A stretch of 64,000 nucleotides of DNA, from the NCBI GenBank assembly GCA_977018835.1, contig OZ361256.1, positions 5,332,001-5,396,000 on the forward strand, read 5' to 3'. A model generated the notes under the pieces. The model saw nothing but the letters and a program-made list of their open reading frames with translations, had not been told where the DNA came from and made no database searches. Of this stretch, positions 1 to 11,171 are shown piece after piece; within the stretch, counting starts at the first letter, position 1; each line of letters opens with the position of its first letter. A program made the position numbers and the translations under genes. Source of the DNA: Minutocellus sp. GHC0000111. Lineage: Eukaryota.

Positions 1-990
1 CAGCACTGCCGAAAATAAGGCCAAATCATCCAGAGTGCCGAAGAATGCGACAACCAGCAGTGTCCAAAGAGTATGCTTTTGTTTGGCTGGTGTTTCTTCC
101 GATACTTTGCCTTTCTCGTCTGTTTGTTCGCTTTCGTTCTGTAACTCTGATTTTTCCTCACCACTAGAGTCAGTATCAACGGATGGTAAACTTTCATACT
201 TTGACCCCTGTCGAATCTGTACATGGGATGGCAAAGGTTTCATCGGGATGCCTTCATCTTGCTCGTTTAATTGTTGCGCCTCTTCGTCATCATCCGATGC
301 TGATTCACACTTTCTTACGGCGGCAACAAGAGATTCGTATTCTTCATCTGACGAATTGCTACTTCGTCGAGAGTAGGATTGCTGCGAAGTTTGAATTGTT
401 GGCACTTCATCATCCTCGGATGATTTAGATGCAATAATATTATTCTTTTCTTCAGCGCCGTCGCCACATTCATTGTCGTCGTTATCGTCATCGGAGTCTT
501 CTTCATCTCTCCAGTCCCTCCATTCTTTCAGCGCAAAGCCAGCGATACAAATGGAGGCTAAAATGCACAGCAACCTCGATGCCGTCCAGTAGAGCTCACG
601 TTCATCATCCTCGTCGTCGTCTGTGCCGTCGCTGCCGTCCTCCTTCTTCGGTGCCAGCGCCTGTAGAAGGGCCTCAAATCCATAATTTGCCGTCACCTTT
701 ATGAGCAAAGCCTCCATAGTCACTAAAATACACACTGCAGTATAAACCGCGCCGCAATGAAGCTTGTATACGACGTCTCCCTCCGTCATGGCAAGGAATG
801 GAGATAGCCACAATACATCGTCTACGCTTGTTGTTAGCTTCAATACGAAGAACATGGCTGTTCCTGTGAAGAAACTCGGCAGGTCAACTACAGGTGCAGG
901 GACGGCATCGGTGGACAGCATGGCCTCGCTTCCAGAGAGAAGCCCGGTCATATCTGCAGGTGCAAGCGCAGCATCGGTAGTGGACATCAT
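1..990 (-). CDS. Membrane protein, CadD/LysE-superfamily-like; partial, runs off the window start
   Basis: Read by hand: open minus-strand frame from ATG at 990 to base 1. Hydrophobic segments carry paired motifs LTTSVDDVLWLSPF and FFGTLDDLALF, separated by a long acidic loop. Confidence 0.5.
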   Translation of the reverse strand, partial: MMSTTDAALAPADMTGLLSGSEAMLSTDAVPAPVVDLPSFFTGTAMFFVLKLTTSVDDVLWLSPFLAMTEGDVVYKLHCGAVYTAVCILVTMEALLIKVTANYGFEALLQALAPKKEDGSDGTDDDEDDERELYWTASRLLCILASICIAGFALKEWRDWRDEEDSDDDNDDNECGDGAEEKNNIIASKSSEDDEVPTIQTSQQSYSRRSSNSSDEEYESLVAAVRKCESASDDDEEAQQLNEQDEGIPMKPLPSHVQIRQGSKYESLPSVDTDSSGEEKSELQNESEQTDEKGKVSEETPAKQKHTLWTLLVVAFFGTLDDLALFSAVL

Positions 991-1212
991 GTCCTATGAG
1001 ACCATGCAAGAACTGAAGATACTAGTAGCAGGGCCGCATGCATCATCGCCGCAATGTGCTCGCCAGTTTCGTTCAGTTGGTTTTCGTTTGATGATGAGCC
1101 GGCAGATGTTTGACAAGTGACGGCCAACGGACAGACACTACAAGCAATCAGATTTAGGAATGAGTTGCGACTGAAATATGCGGTCGTTTCACGATTTTTG
1201 GCACCTTGAAGC

Positions 1213-3459
1213 ATGGCTGACGCCACCCCTCTTTTGACTGTCCAGAAGAACAATGCCGCTCCCGCCGAGAGACCAGCGTTAGCAACAATCTCGCGGAAAA
1301 TGAGGGGCTCGAAATCAGCAACGAGCATCGTTTATCTGGCCCTTGGGCCGCTCATCGCATTGCAGGTCCAAAATGTGCAAGCCTTCACATCCATTTCACA
1401 TGACCACTGTCTTTCGAGAATGCGACAGAAATTGGTGTCACCGTCTGCTTGTGAGAATGTTGAGATCCCCGCCGCAACATTCACAAGTAGTTATGCCCAT
1501 TCAGCAGTGCCAGGAGCAAGCGAGCATTTTGACGAATCTATTCCAAATGATCTTCAAGAGACCACCACGACCACGGCATCAGCAACATCAGCGGAGGTAT
1601 CACGTCGCAGTGCTCTGACGACCTTGACCGCTCTTGCTCTCGGCGGACGGGCGTTGACACGAAAGCCCAAGCCCAGCTCGGCATCGTCAACGGCGAGCAT
1701 TGCCGTTACCAAGAGCATCCAGGAAAGTGCCGCCGCGGGGGGCACCGCTCTTCAGTCTCGCCCACCCGTCACGAAGAAGGGATTGGCGGCGACGGCGACA
1801 ATAGCGGCCGGTTGGGGTTCATCGGTGGATATGCCTACATATTCCACCGACAAGGCAAGGGGGTTGATTGCTGCTGCCAAGTCCAAGGCTACCGCCGTCG
1901 CTTCTGCACCACCTGTTATCAATCCCTTTCCCAACATTGAAACCGCAACATCTGGTGTAGGTAAAAGGATCAAGTCACGCATTTGCAATTGGACCAGCCG
2001 ATCCCAGCGAATTGCAAGAGCATTTATCCGTGTAGCGGAGGTCGTCGCTTTGGCGATGCCTGCCGCAATTCTGTATCCCGTGGTGGCCATGGCGAGAAAG
2101 TATCGGCCTAATATGGAACGGACACAGCGCTTGTTTGAAGCGTGGCTGAGCCTATGCATCCATTCGGCCGAACGGGGTGGCGCTGTCATTATAAAACTAT
2201 GTCAATGGGCAGCCTCGAGGCCAGATATATTTGGCACAGATTTTGCCGATAAATTCAAAAAGCTGCAGGACAGTACGACTCCCCACAAGTGGAACCATAC
2301 CGAAAGGTGCTTGAGGCAAGCCTATGGGGAAAATTGGAGAGATCATTTGCGAATAGAAGAAGACAACATCCTCGGTAGCGGTTGTATCGCGCAAGTTTAC
2401 AAGGGGTACATCAGCAACGACGAGGGTCAAGAACAACCGGTAGCAATCAAGGTTGTTCATCCACGCGTCCGATCAACAATTGCCAAGGACCTTGGGATTT
2501 TGAGATATTTGGCCAAAACTATGGAGCGTTTGCCCTTTGGAATTGGCGAGAAGCTCAAGTGGAACAACTTAAGCGGGGCCGTAGAAGAATTTGCTGCCAT
2601 GTTGGAGCCTCAGCTTGATTTGCGCAACGAAGCGAATCATATCGAAAGGTTCAATGAGGATTTTGCAAGCAATCCAGAAGTCATCTTTCCCGAGCTTGTG
2701 GATGGATATCAAAGTTCAGATAATGTTCTGGTTGAGACCTTTTGTTCCGGTGTCACACTGGAGGAATTCTGCGAGCAGCACAAGGACGATAAGGAGCTCC
2801 GAGCTAAGATGTGCGAATTGGGGGCGCGGACAATGTGCGAAATGATATTTAACAACAACTTCGTGCACGCCGACGTGCATCCCGGAAACATTTTGATGTC
2901 TCCGGACAATAAACTTATCCTTTTGGATTGCGGCATTGCTAACGAATACAGCGAGAGAGACCATGACCTTGCAATCAATGTCATCGCTGCATTTATTAGA
3001 ATGGACGGCAGAAGGGCTGCGGAATTCTTGATCGAAAATTCCAATCAACATATGAAAGAAACCACCGGCGAACAGGCACTGGAGGTAGAAAAGTACTTGG
3101 ATGAGATTGCAGAGATATCAAAGACTCCGGTACAGGGTGATTTTGCCTTCAAAAAGGTTTCAATGTACATCAATTTTATCATGAATGCAGCCAGTCAGCA
3201 TCACGTCCGAATCACCCCGGCCTTTGTTAGCATGGCACTAGCCATCAAGGTCCAAGAAGGAATTGCACTCAAGTTGAATCCACATGCCAGCATAATACGT
3301 GTTGCCAATCCCATCATTATGAAAGCTGAGGCGAAAAGATTTCAGAAGGGTGGTTTCCAACGGTGGAAAACAATTGCTGATGACACATGGAGAGATTTCA
3401 AGGTGCGAAGGGAACGAGAGCGGAATGCCAGACTATTGGGGGACGCTCAGAGCGTTTAA
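1213..3459 (+). CDS. ABC1/ADCK (UbiB-like) atypical kinase
   Basis: Motifs GAVIIKLCQWAASRPD, LGSGCIAQVY, VAIKV, LDLRNEA, FVHADVHPGN, LLDCG; signal-peptide-like segment ending VQAF. Confidence 0.9.
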   Translation: MADATPLLTVQKNNAAPAERPALATISRKMRGSKSATSIVYLALGPLIALQVQNVQAFTSISHDHCLSRMRQKLVSPSACENVEIPAATFTSSYAHSAVPGASEHFDESIPNDLQETTTTTASATSAEVSRRSALTTLTALALGGRALTRKPKPSSASSTASIAVTKSIQESAAAGGTALQSRPPVTKKGLAATATIAAGWGSSVDMPTYSTDKARGLIAAAKSKATAVASAPPVINPFPNIETATSGVGKRIKSRICNWTSRSQRIARAFIRVAEVVALAMPAAILYPVVAMARKYRPNMERTQRLFEAWLSLCIHSAERGGAVIIKLCQWAASRPDIFGTDFADKFKKLQDSTTPHKWNHTERCLRQAYGENWRDHLRIEEDNILGSGCIAQVYKGYISNDEGQEQPVAIKVVHPRVRSTIAKDLGILRYLAKTMERLPFGIGEKLKWNNLSGAVEEFAAMLEPQLDLRNEANHIERFNEDFASNPEVIFPELVDGYQSSDNVLVETFCSGVTLEEFCEQHKDDKELRAKMCELGARTMCEMIFNNNFVHADVHPGNILMSPDNKLILLDCGIANEYSERDHDLAINVIAAFIRMDGRRAAEFLIENSNQHMKETTGEQALEVEKYLDEIAEISKTPVQGDFAFKKVSMYINFIMNAASQHHVRITPAFVSMALAIKVQEGIALKLNPHASIIRVANPIIMKAEAKRFQKGGFQRWKTIADDTWRDFKVRRERERNARLLGDAQSV

Positions 3460-3533
3460 ATAAAGATAGGTCAATGTCTTAAATGTTAAACGTAGGAATA
3501 CGAAGCCGAATTTGAGGTTGTTCATGATTACGA

Positions 3534-4022
3534 TTACAGGAAAAAGTGCAACTGGCGTTTTTTCTTTTTCTTCCTGGTTGCCTCCCTCTGTTCCGCATCG
3601 AGGTCGATCTGCCTCATCGCAATGATGAATTCCGCCATTTCCCGACGCACACCCTTTGCTTCCTGCCGACCCTTCCATCCTCGCCAATAACGTGACATCG
3701 TAGTAGAGCAGGCAACACAAAGGGCGTGATGGGCTTGAATTCTGGAAAAATGGTCGCGCCACAAGCTGGCAGCTTTCCTTCCAATGTGCCCCCGGTAATA
3801 TCGCTGTATTGTGACTACTGCATTGTTCTGTTTGTTCCGTAATTTAACGTGGCATCTCAAATTATGAAGCCGGTCGAGCTCTTCCTCTTCGAGCCGCTTT
3901 TGCTTCCGAAGCTGGCCAGCTCTCACTTTTTCCATGACTTGATCCATACGATTCCGTCGCATCAAAGCATTTTCTTCTTCTTCATTGATCTTTTGCCTCT
4001 CATCAACGCTCTCAGAGCTCAT
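3534..4022 (-). CDS. Small IQ-motif/coiled-coil protein, possibly a terminal exon or fragment
   Basis: IQ motifs IQRYYRGHIGRK and MSRYWRGWKGR. Confidence 0.55.
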   Translation of the reverse strand: MSSESVDERQKINEEEENALMRRNRMDQVMEKVRAGQLRKQKRLEEEELDRLHNLRCHVKLRNKQNNAVVTIQRYYRGHIGRKAASLWRDHFSRIQAHHALCVACSTTMSRYWRGWKGRQEAKGVRREMAEFIIAMRQIDLDAEQREATRKKKKKRQLHFFL

Positions 4023-4249
4023 AGCGTTGCTAGTAGGTAGCTTGTACTAAGTCAAGTTATTTAAGCACTGCATCGGATCATACGAGTGAGTCGAGTCGCA
4101 TTCGCACTATACTACTGCATGTATGCTCAAGAATGCTGTCAGTTCCTAATATCATCTCACCGATCCGCCCTCTACTGTAGCTAATAGCTAACACTGCCAT
4201 CAACAAGTCTAGCTACGTAGTAGTCAGATAGAACATTCTTCAGTTCTTA

Positions 4250-7233
4250 ATGCGACCATACTTTGTGGTTCGTAATACGCGCAATTCCGGGCACTCGGGT
4301 GGTCAAAGTAGGGAAGATTGCCGTTCAACTGCCACCTTTGAAGCTTTGCCAGGACAAGAGTACAAAGAAGGCGTTGTCATTGCTTTTTCTGCCAAGAGTT
4401 GTGGTGCAGCAAAAGATGCGCTACATGTAGTACATGAGGGTGTTCCTAGTAGTACTGATGAATCTACCGAGACGGGTGAAAATAGTGTTGAAATCGAAAC
4501 CATAAACATCATTCCCGACTCTGTTGTCCCAATCATGCCAAAAGTTCAGCTTCGGAGCAATAAAGGTTCTCTTTGTCTTTCTTTTTCTCTAGACGATGGA
4601 ACGGATTTGAGCATATTCAACTCTACTAGTGCTGGCATTCGCGACGAATACAAAGGAATCGCTGAGGGAGATGGGACTCAACCTACCGAAACATTCAGCT
4701 TTGCCAGGGCGGCTTATCCGCATTTGCTGCATTTTTGTCGTCTTACAAATCAAACAGCTAATCTACCCGCCCATAGTCAGAACCACGATTATAAAATCAA
4801 CGGAGACAGCAACCCATCCGCTTCACAATACATACCAATCGACGCTCGATGCATTGAGACATTGAGTTCATTGACTGTGGAAGCATCTGTAGCTCTTGGC
4901 ACGGAGTCAGTTCGCAACGCTCACATCTATGATGATATCTCCTTTGCTGACCTTCACAGCATGGTACGAACAGTCCAAAAGCAAATCCCCATGGCCATTC
5001 CCGATCATGGACGTCTGGATCTAAATCAGTTCCTTGCATTCTCATGTCTACTGGAACAGCGTGTTGCATACGAAAGGGATGCAGCACCCCGGCTATCTGT
5101 CCGTGTACTAGAAAGATTTGATTCATCAATTCGTATTGTTGTATCCTCGTCCAACAAGGTGTGTCGCATTGCAGCAAATGTTCGTCCAATAGCAGCGATT
5201 GACAGTAATGACTCTAGACCACAAATTCAAACTAGTGTCGGAATTGCCAAAGCAAAGGAAGGAATCGTTGAGCTGAATGGCCTTGACGAAAACACTGAAT
5301 ATGAAATCGAAATTATCGGCTGTTGTCCTCTGAGTAGAAGTTCTTCAAAGAGAAGGATTGTTGTCAAGACGAAACTGTCCTCAAATGTTGAACCAGAGCT
5401 GTATCCTTTGTGGGATGATATGAGCAGAAACGACCAAGAGACGGAATTGCTCGCCGTGATAAAGGATCGAGCTATACGTAATCTTGCGGCAATGGAGAGA
5501 ATTTCAATAGATTCGATCGGTTTGACTCCAAATAGAGACAGTTCAGAAGACGCAAGAGGGCATTTCGCTCTTTGGTGGAGCCAAAATGACCGAGTGAGAA
5601 AAGACTTTTGTCTTCGAGAGGCGCAGCATGCATCAAAAGACCACACCATTCGAGAATCGGCCAAGAAGGAAGGCATTCTTATCAAGAATAGAGACTGGGA
5701 AACGACTGATCCTGCTGCCTTGCGTCGACGAAAGCGGTTCTGTTGGTGGTACTACGAGATCGATACAACGAAGAGGGACGGTGTAGCAAGTCATCACGGG
5801 CAAGATGGAAACGAGAGGAAGGAAGACAGCGGCGCCCCATTTGAGGTTGCCATTTCTCAGGCGTCCCTCGACTTTTTGCCACCTCAGATACCAAGCCGGC
5901 ATGAAACTGACCAAGTACTAGCAAAGTTGACACAGCAGACTCATCCAAAAAAAGCAGAGATGTATCACAGAAAGCCGAAGGCAGACCAAGAAATGGCATC
6001 AGTAGCAAATGATTTCGTCATATCAAACCGATCTGAAATTGCCGATGCTCTGCGTCCAGTATACGAGCTAGAGCGTAGATCGCCGGGAAAAGCGGATGTA
6101 TCCAAGGATCATACCAAGCATTCGGAAAAAGAATCTACCGCATCGAAGCAAGGCCAAGCGCCAGCAAGGCCAACAATCAGTCCTGAAAATGCTAATGACA
6201 CAAACATTTCTAATCTCAATGCTCAAGTTGACGCTAGCAGCAATAGTCCAAATATAATTATTCAAACCAAGGGAAGTGATCAAATCCGACCGACGGCGTC
6301 AACCAAAGAAGCCAACATGAGCATGAATGTCGAGCCCAAGTCGACAAACGATCAAGCAATGTATCCTTCTGCCGCTGAAATGACAGCACCTGATCCCACG
6401 AGCAGCCCACAGAAACCCTCTCAACGCAGTAAGAGAAGTACTTTCCTCGGCACCCAAACTGCAAAGACGGAAAAGACCGTTGGTGAGGTAGACAAAATGC
6501 TAGCATTCCAGAAAAGAGCAAACAACTCCGTGGCGTTGCACTCCTCAAAGCAAAGGTCAGACTCGTAATGATAACTGCTCGTCTTCAAGCTCTCCGAGAA
6601 AAGTCAGGATGCAAACATGATGCGTCAGCGCTAGACCATGTGGATTTGTTTGATAATGATGACGGCGACGAGGAGAACGACATCGAGCAGTCCTCCCATG
6701 GTGTTGAAAACAAAGTAGAGACAAAACCGCAGAGTGCGATTCCAACATGTAGGCCACCCATGCCGACAGTCGTAGACAATCACGAAATGCCACCCACCGA
6801 AGAAGACTCAAACGGCAAGTACACCAAGCCCCAGTCATTATTGGCAAATATTTACCAACATAACGTCACTCGTGGCAAAAGGCATGCCATCCAATCATGG
6901 AGGTTTTACGTCAATCAAGAGAAGAAATCCGAATCGCACCTGGTCGAATGCGATCGATCGAATGCACCAAGTGCATCGGCTGATACCTCTCTGACAGATG
7001 AAAATACAACGATGAGCCCACAAGCACTAGTGTCGCCCAGACGGGAAGGAATAAATGCAGTCGACCAAGCGGACGAATCTACGCTCAACCTGGATGAACG
7101 GCAAAGCAAAACAGTGGATGAAGATGATGCATGTGCCAGCACATCATCAATGGAACCCAGTGCATCAATCGATTCTCCGTTTGAACTGGTTAGCAATATA
7201 TCTCCTGCCGCTTCTGAATCCGTAGGGGCGGTG
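4250..7233 (+). pseudogene. Large hypothetical gene with an FN3-like segment; frameshift near 6565; interrupted by the mariner element
   Basis: 772-aa and 264-aa ORFs abut at 6568. VELNGLDENTEYEIEI resembles FN3. The frame runs into the left TIR at 7234. Confidence 0.5.
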
Positions 7234-7280
7234 CGAGGTCGCGGACAGCAGTTTCAGGGACCCGGTTTTCGGGTCTTTGG
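7234..7280 (+). repeat. Left terminal inverted repeat
   Basis: cgaggtcgcggacagcagtttcagggacccggttttcgggtctttgg matches the reverse complement of 10843-10890 with about 6 differences. Confidence 0.85.
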
Positions 7281-7813
7281 GCAAAATCTCATAAAAATCA
7301 GCACAAACGCACGCAGCAAGCAGCATTTATTTGTTATCGTCCTGTCTTCAAGATGGCGGTGACGGCAGTGCCGACGGCATCCGCTTCACGCAAGGGATAA
7401 GCGTGGTATCTCCAGAACGGGTTGGTCCTTGACCTTGGACCGACTCGGAGATATCGATTTCATCTTCCCATGCCAGCGTCTGGCCGATTCACCCCATCCA
7501 TCGCCCCTCCCTACTTCTGCCAGTTTTTCCGATGACAACCGGTCACCTCCTCCACCTCCCGACCCCACCACCACCTCCCAAATGCATTGATTCAAGTAGC
7601 CATATGGTTTGAGCTCCGATATCGGTCTCCATGGTCCCCATAATGGCGCATCTTATGCGGTCCGGGTGACCCCGCGCCAAAATCGAGCGGGCCAAAAAAA
7701 TCATCACCCGCCCGGCGCGCCCGCAACTCAATGAAACCTTCCTCATTTCCAACCCACCCGACATACAAACTGTTGCTCTACTGCCACAAAATACTGCATC
7801 CAACACCATATTA

Positions 7814-9456
7814 ATGCAAATGGCTGTTACTACTGCTGCCACCGCAGCTGATGCGCCAGCATGTCGCCGCTCCCGTCGGTCCGGCAGCTCCATCCCATGC
7901 TTTGATCATTTTGTCCATCGGAGCGGCACCATCGATGCCTCTACGATTCGTGGCAAGTCTCCTGGGATGATCCAGACCATAGCGAACCGGGCATGGGCGG
8001 GCCTCTCACTTCAGAAACAGCAGGATGTTGTGGAGCAAGCCCGAGAGGAGGAGCTGTGCTGTCCGAGCCAGACCGGTCCTGATCCGGCACAAGATGTGCC
8101 GATTTCTCAAATTCAAATTGCTCGGCGCAATTCGTCATCCAACAACGCCGATGCCAGCCCTGAGCCGACGGTCGAGGACAATGCTGGTGTCGCTGCTCGT
8201 CCTGGTGATGACAATGTCGAAGCTGGGGGCATCGCCGAGTCCATGGTGGTGGATGGAAGCGGAAACAGTGAAGAATCTGGCAATCCTGCCAGTGTCGGTG
8301 TTTCTGCTACCGGCACCGCCAATTCTGGTGGATCGACCGAGGAGAATTTGGATGTGCTGCTGGTTAAGGCCGAAGCGCAACACAAAGCTGCAGAGGAGGC
8401 TTTGAAAGGGCTAAGGGACACCTTGAAACGAGAAAAGCGGAAGGATGAAAAGGCCATGGCCGATGCCGAGAAGAAAAGGAACAAAATGAAGGATGAGAAC
8501 GGCAATTTACCGAATGGAAAGAAGCGAGTTCTCCTCGTGCATTACGATGAGAAATGGTTCTGGGGTCTCGTCCTCCGAGCTTTTGCGAAGGCTTGCGAGG
8601 AAATCGGCGTGAAAAAGCGAGATTACGCGGCCTTTCACAGGAGCCACATCAACAAGGTCATGGCCATTGCATTTGTTGCCGCTGTCTTTGTCGGTTCTCT
8701 TGAGAGTGGGTGCGAGGTTGTAAAACTGCCACTGGTACGAGCTCAAGCTCCTAAAATAGCGGAGTGAGCTCAGTGCGAAGCAGTGTCACAGCCTGATGGT
8801 TCAACACGGCACCCAAATACCAACCCCGATGGGACACCAAAGGAACCTCTTCGCCGGAAAGGAGAGTCGTTTCTTGTTGATTGTTGCGTTAATGGATCGA
8901 ACGAAGGCACCAAAAAGGATCCGAAATGCTCTTTGCTCCTCGTATTCAAGGAGACTATTTTCCCAGCGATTCTCAACCTTGTCGGTCCGGGCAAGCAATG
9001 CGAAGATTGCCATGTTATTTCCAGGGCGACCAGGCCGGGCCTCATGAGGACGGAACCTTCACGCAATTTGTTGCTAACTTCTGTGCTGAGCAAGGCTGGA
9101 CGTGGCAGCCACAGGCACCGCAGATGCCTCACGCCAACGTCCTTGACTTGAGCGTGTTCCCCGCGATGAGCCGGCGGCACTCGGAATGGGCACGAAAAAT
9201 GGTAGGCACCTCCGTCATTTCCACCGACCAGATCTGGGACACTGCCGAGGACGTTTACGATAGCATGCCTAACTGCAAAATTGCTTCGGCCTTCATTCAG
9301 TACTGGAGGATAATGGGCCTGGTGATTAAGGCCGGTGGTAGCAATGAGTTTGTTGGAAGGTTGGGTGACGAAAACTTGCACACTGGAATTAGGATCGACT
9401 TCAACGAAACGGCCAAGGGGATGGAGCCCTCAGCTCGTCATCCTTCTAAAAAATAG
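7814..9456 (+). pseudogene. Mariner-like transposase (DD38D) with an internal stop at 8765-8767 and a frameshift near 9019
   Basis: VHYDEKWF ... FQGDQAGPH ... QAPQMPHANVLDLSVF correspond to the HIDEKWF / QQDNARPH / PPNSPDLNVLDL motifs of plant- and oomycete-type mariners. Confidence 0.85.
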
Positions 9457-9501
9457 ATAGTGTTAATGTCTTTACACATGCATTAAATAAATGTTACACG
9501 T

Positions 9502-10608
9502 CTACAAATTATTTATAGATCTACATGCAAGATGCAGCAGCATTGGTTTGTTTATGTCACGGTTGGGCTTCTTTGTTCTTCTATTTCTACCGGTATTCTT
9601 TTTTGCCTCCTTGGCCTTCTTATGATCATTAGAAAGCCACACAGCGTGGAGGGACTGACAAATCTTTCCGCGCTTCACACCATATGCATCGGCAAGTTTA
9701 TTGTCAGTGAGGGCAGGGTGAGCAGTTGGTTGTTTACTCCCATCCTCATATCCCAACTTATATGCATCTAATGCAATCTTGTCAGTAGATAATGCAATAG
9801 AGAATTCTATTGTCTTGTTATCATACAATCCGAGTTCTCTGCTTCTCCACCCTTTCGGGTAGGCACCACGACCCTCTCTTGCTTGGCGATCGACTTCGAT
9901 CATGCCTAGCACTGTGGTGACCGCGACCTCGCTACCCCAACCAGGAACTTGTTTGAAGGGGAGGTAGACCCCTTTCTCTTTTCTTCTTGGTTCGGGCCTC
10001 TGACTACATGTGGGTGACTTGTAGTTCTTTATATCTTGTGGTAGTGGTGCTTCTCCGTACGTCAAAAAGCACGCAAGCCTCCGATGTTCCTCAACCTCTC
10101 GTTCAATCTGTCGTTCGGTTGGTTCGGTTGGAGGCAAGGGCTCCAAGATGGTAGGGGATGACAATTGAAGGTTGCTGAACGACGGGCATGAGCGGCTTGG
10201 GGTAAGAGCATACTGAGTATGAACTGACATTGGACTTGTTACCATGGGCGTGGCGGAGGGAAGGTCGAATGAGCTCACGGGCTTTCTCCTCTCGCCGCTT
10301 GGCTTTGCGTCGGCGGTTGCTATGCTCATCTCTGAGAATGAATCATCTTCATCAGAATGAGATGAAACGGTAGCGGTACCGCGAAAGTCGGCACGCAATG
10401 TGTCATGATGCAAGTACTTCCTTGCTTGGGCTTGTTCGGCGGCGAAGCCATCCTCTTCGTTGTGCTCGCGTCGATATTTCAACACACGAGGAGATGTGAG
10501 GTCTGACGATGCCGGTGGGACCCCTTGGTTGTCCTCCTCGTCATCGTTGTCCTTGTTCTCTCGACACCGCGGATGTTCCGGCGTTTTCGTTGGAAGTTTC
10601 CTTCTCAT
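9502..10608 (-). CDS. Unknown 368-aa ORF inside the transposon, convergent with the transposase
   Basis: Uninterrupted ORF lying wholly between the TIRs; no motif recognised. Confidence 0.55.
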   Translation of the reverse strand: MRRKLPTKTPEHPRCRENKDNDDEEDNQGVPPASSDLTSPRVLKYRREHNEEDGFAAEQAQARKYLHHDTLRADFRGTATVSSHSDEDDSFSEMSIATADAKPSGERRKPVSSFDLPSATPMVTSPMSVHTQYALTPSRSCPSFSNLQLSSPTILEPLPPTEPTERQIEREVEEHRRLACFLTYGEAPLPQDIKNYKSPTCSQRPEPRRKEKGVYLPFKQVPGWGSEVAVTTVLGMIEVDRQAREGRGAYPKGWRSRELGLYDNKTIEFSIALSTDKIALDAYKLGYEDGSKQPTAHPALTDNKLADAYGVKRGKICQSLHAVWLSNDHKKAKEAKKNTGRNRRTKKPNRDINKPMLLHLACRSINNL

Positions 10609-10842
10609 GGCGCGAGGGGCTGAATGCAGTCGCCTCGGCGCGTTTCGGTGGACGCGGTGGACTGAAGATGTGTCCCTTTGGAGTATCCATTTGCATGGAA
10701 GCTTCTTGAAGCGCCAGTCGGCAGAAGTTGCCCAGTCTATTTGTGGTAATTGCTTGGAGGTCGGTTGTTGACGGATGTGTTTTGATTTGCTTGCTTTGCC
10801 GCGTGTTTTTCAAGGTGCGCGCAAACCGCCGTGTCGGAAAGT

Positions 10843-10890
10843 CCAAAGACCCAAAAAACCGGGTCCCCGAAATTGCTGTCCCGGACCTCG
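10843..10890 (-). repeat. Right terminal inverted repeat
   Basis: Reverse complement reads cgaggtccgggacagcaatttcggggacccggttttttgggtctttgg; followed by TA at 10891. Confidence 0.85.
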
Positions 10891-10900
10891 TACCTAGGTA

Positions 10901-11170
10901 GCACCCAAAGAACAGGGCGTTTGCCCTTTCCATAGATATCGCATGCATGACGATGAAAGACTTGATGAAGATGACACTTGTAGCAGCTCAAAATATTTGG
11001 CCCAAAACGCAAAAATAATGGAGTTCGCCCTATCGGCAAGGGCTTTCTCCAATGGTTCTGGAGCCAGTGTCATCAGTAAACCGGAGTATGAGACTGAATT
11101 CAGAGGATTCATCGAGCACAGAACACCATTGCCAAGCATCAGAGTTCGCTTTTCGAAAACATTCGAATAA
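10901..11170 (+). pseudogene. Probable 3' remainder of the gene interrupted at 7233
   Basis: Removing 7234-10900 joins ...ESVGAV to APKEQGVCPFHRYRMHDD... in frame, ending at the stop at 11170. Confidence 0.5.
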
Positions 11171-11171
11171 A

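Larger units (their letters stand above)
7234..10890 (+). mobile_element. Tc1/mariner-superfamily DNA transposon, degenerate, carrying a second ORF
   Basis: Imperfect ~47-bp TIRs at 7234-7280 and 10843-10890, both starting CGAGGTC. Flanked by TG (left) and TA (right). Internal DDD transposase. Confidence 0.85.
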
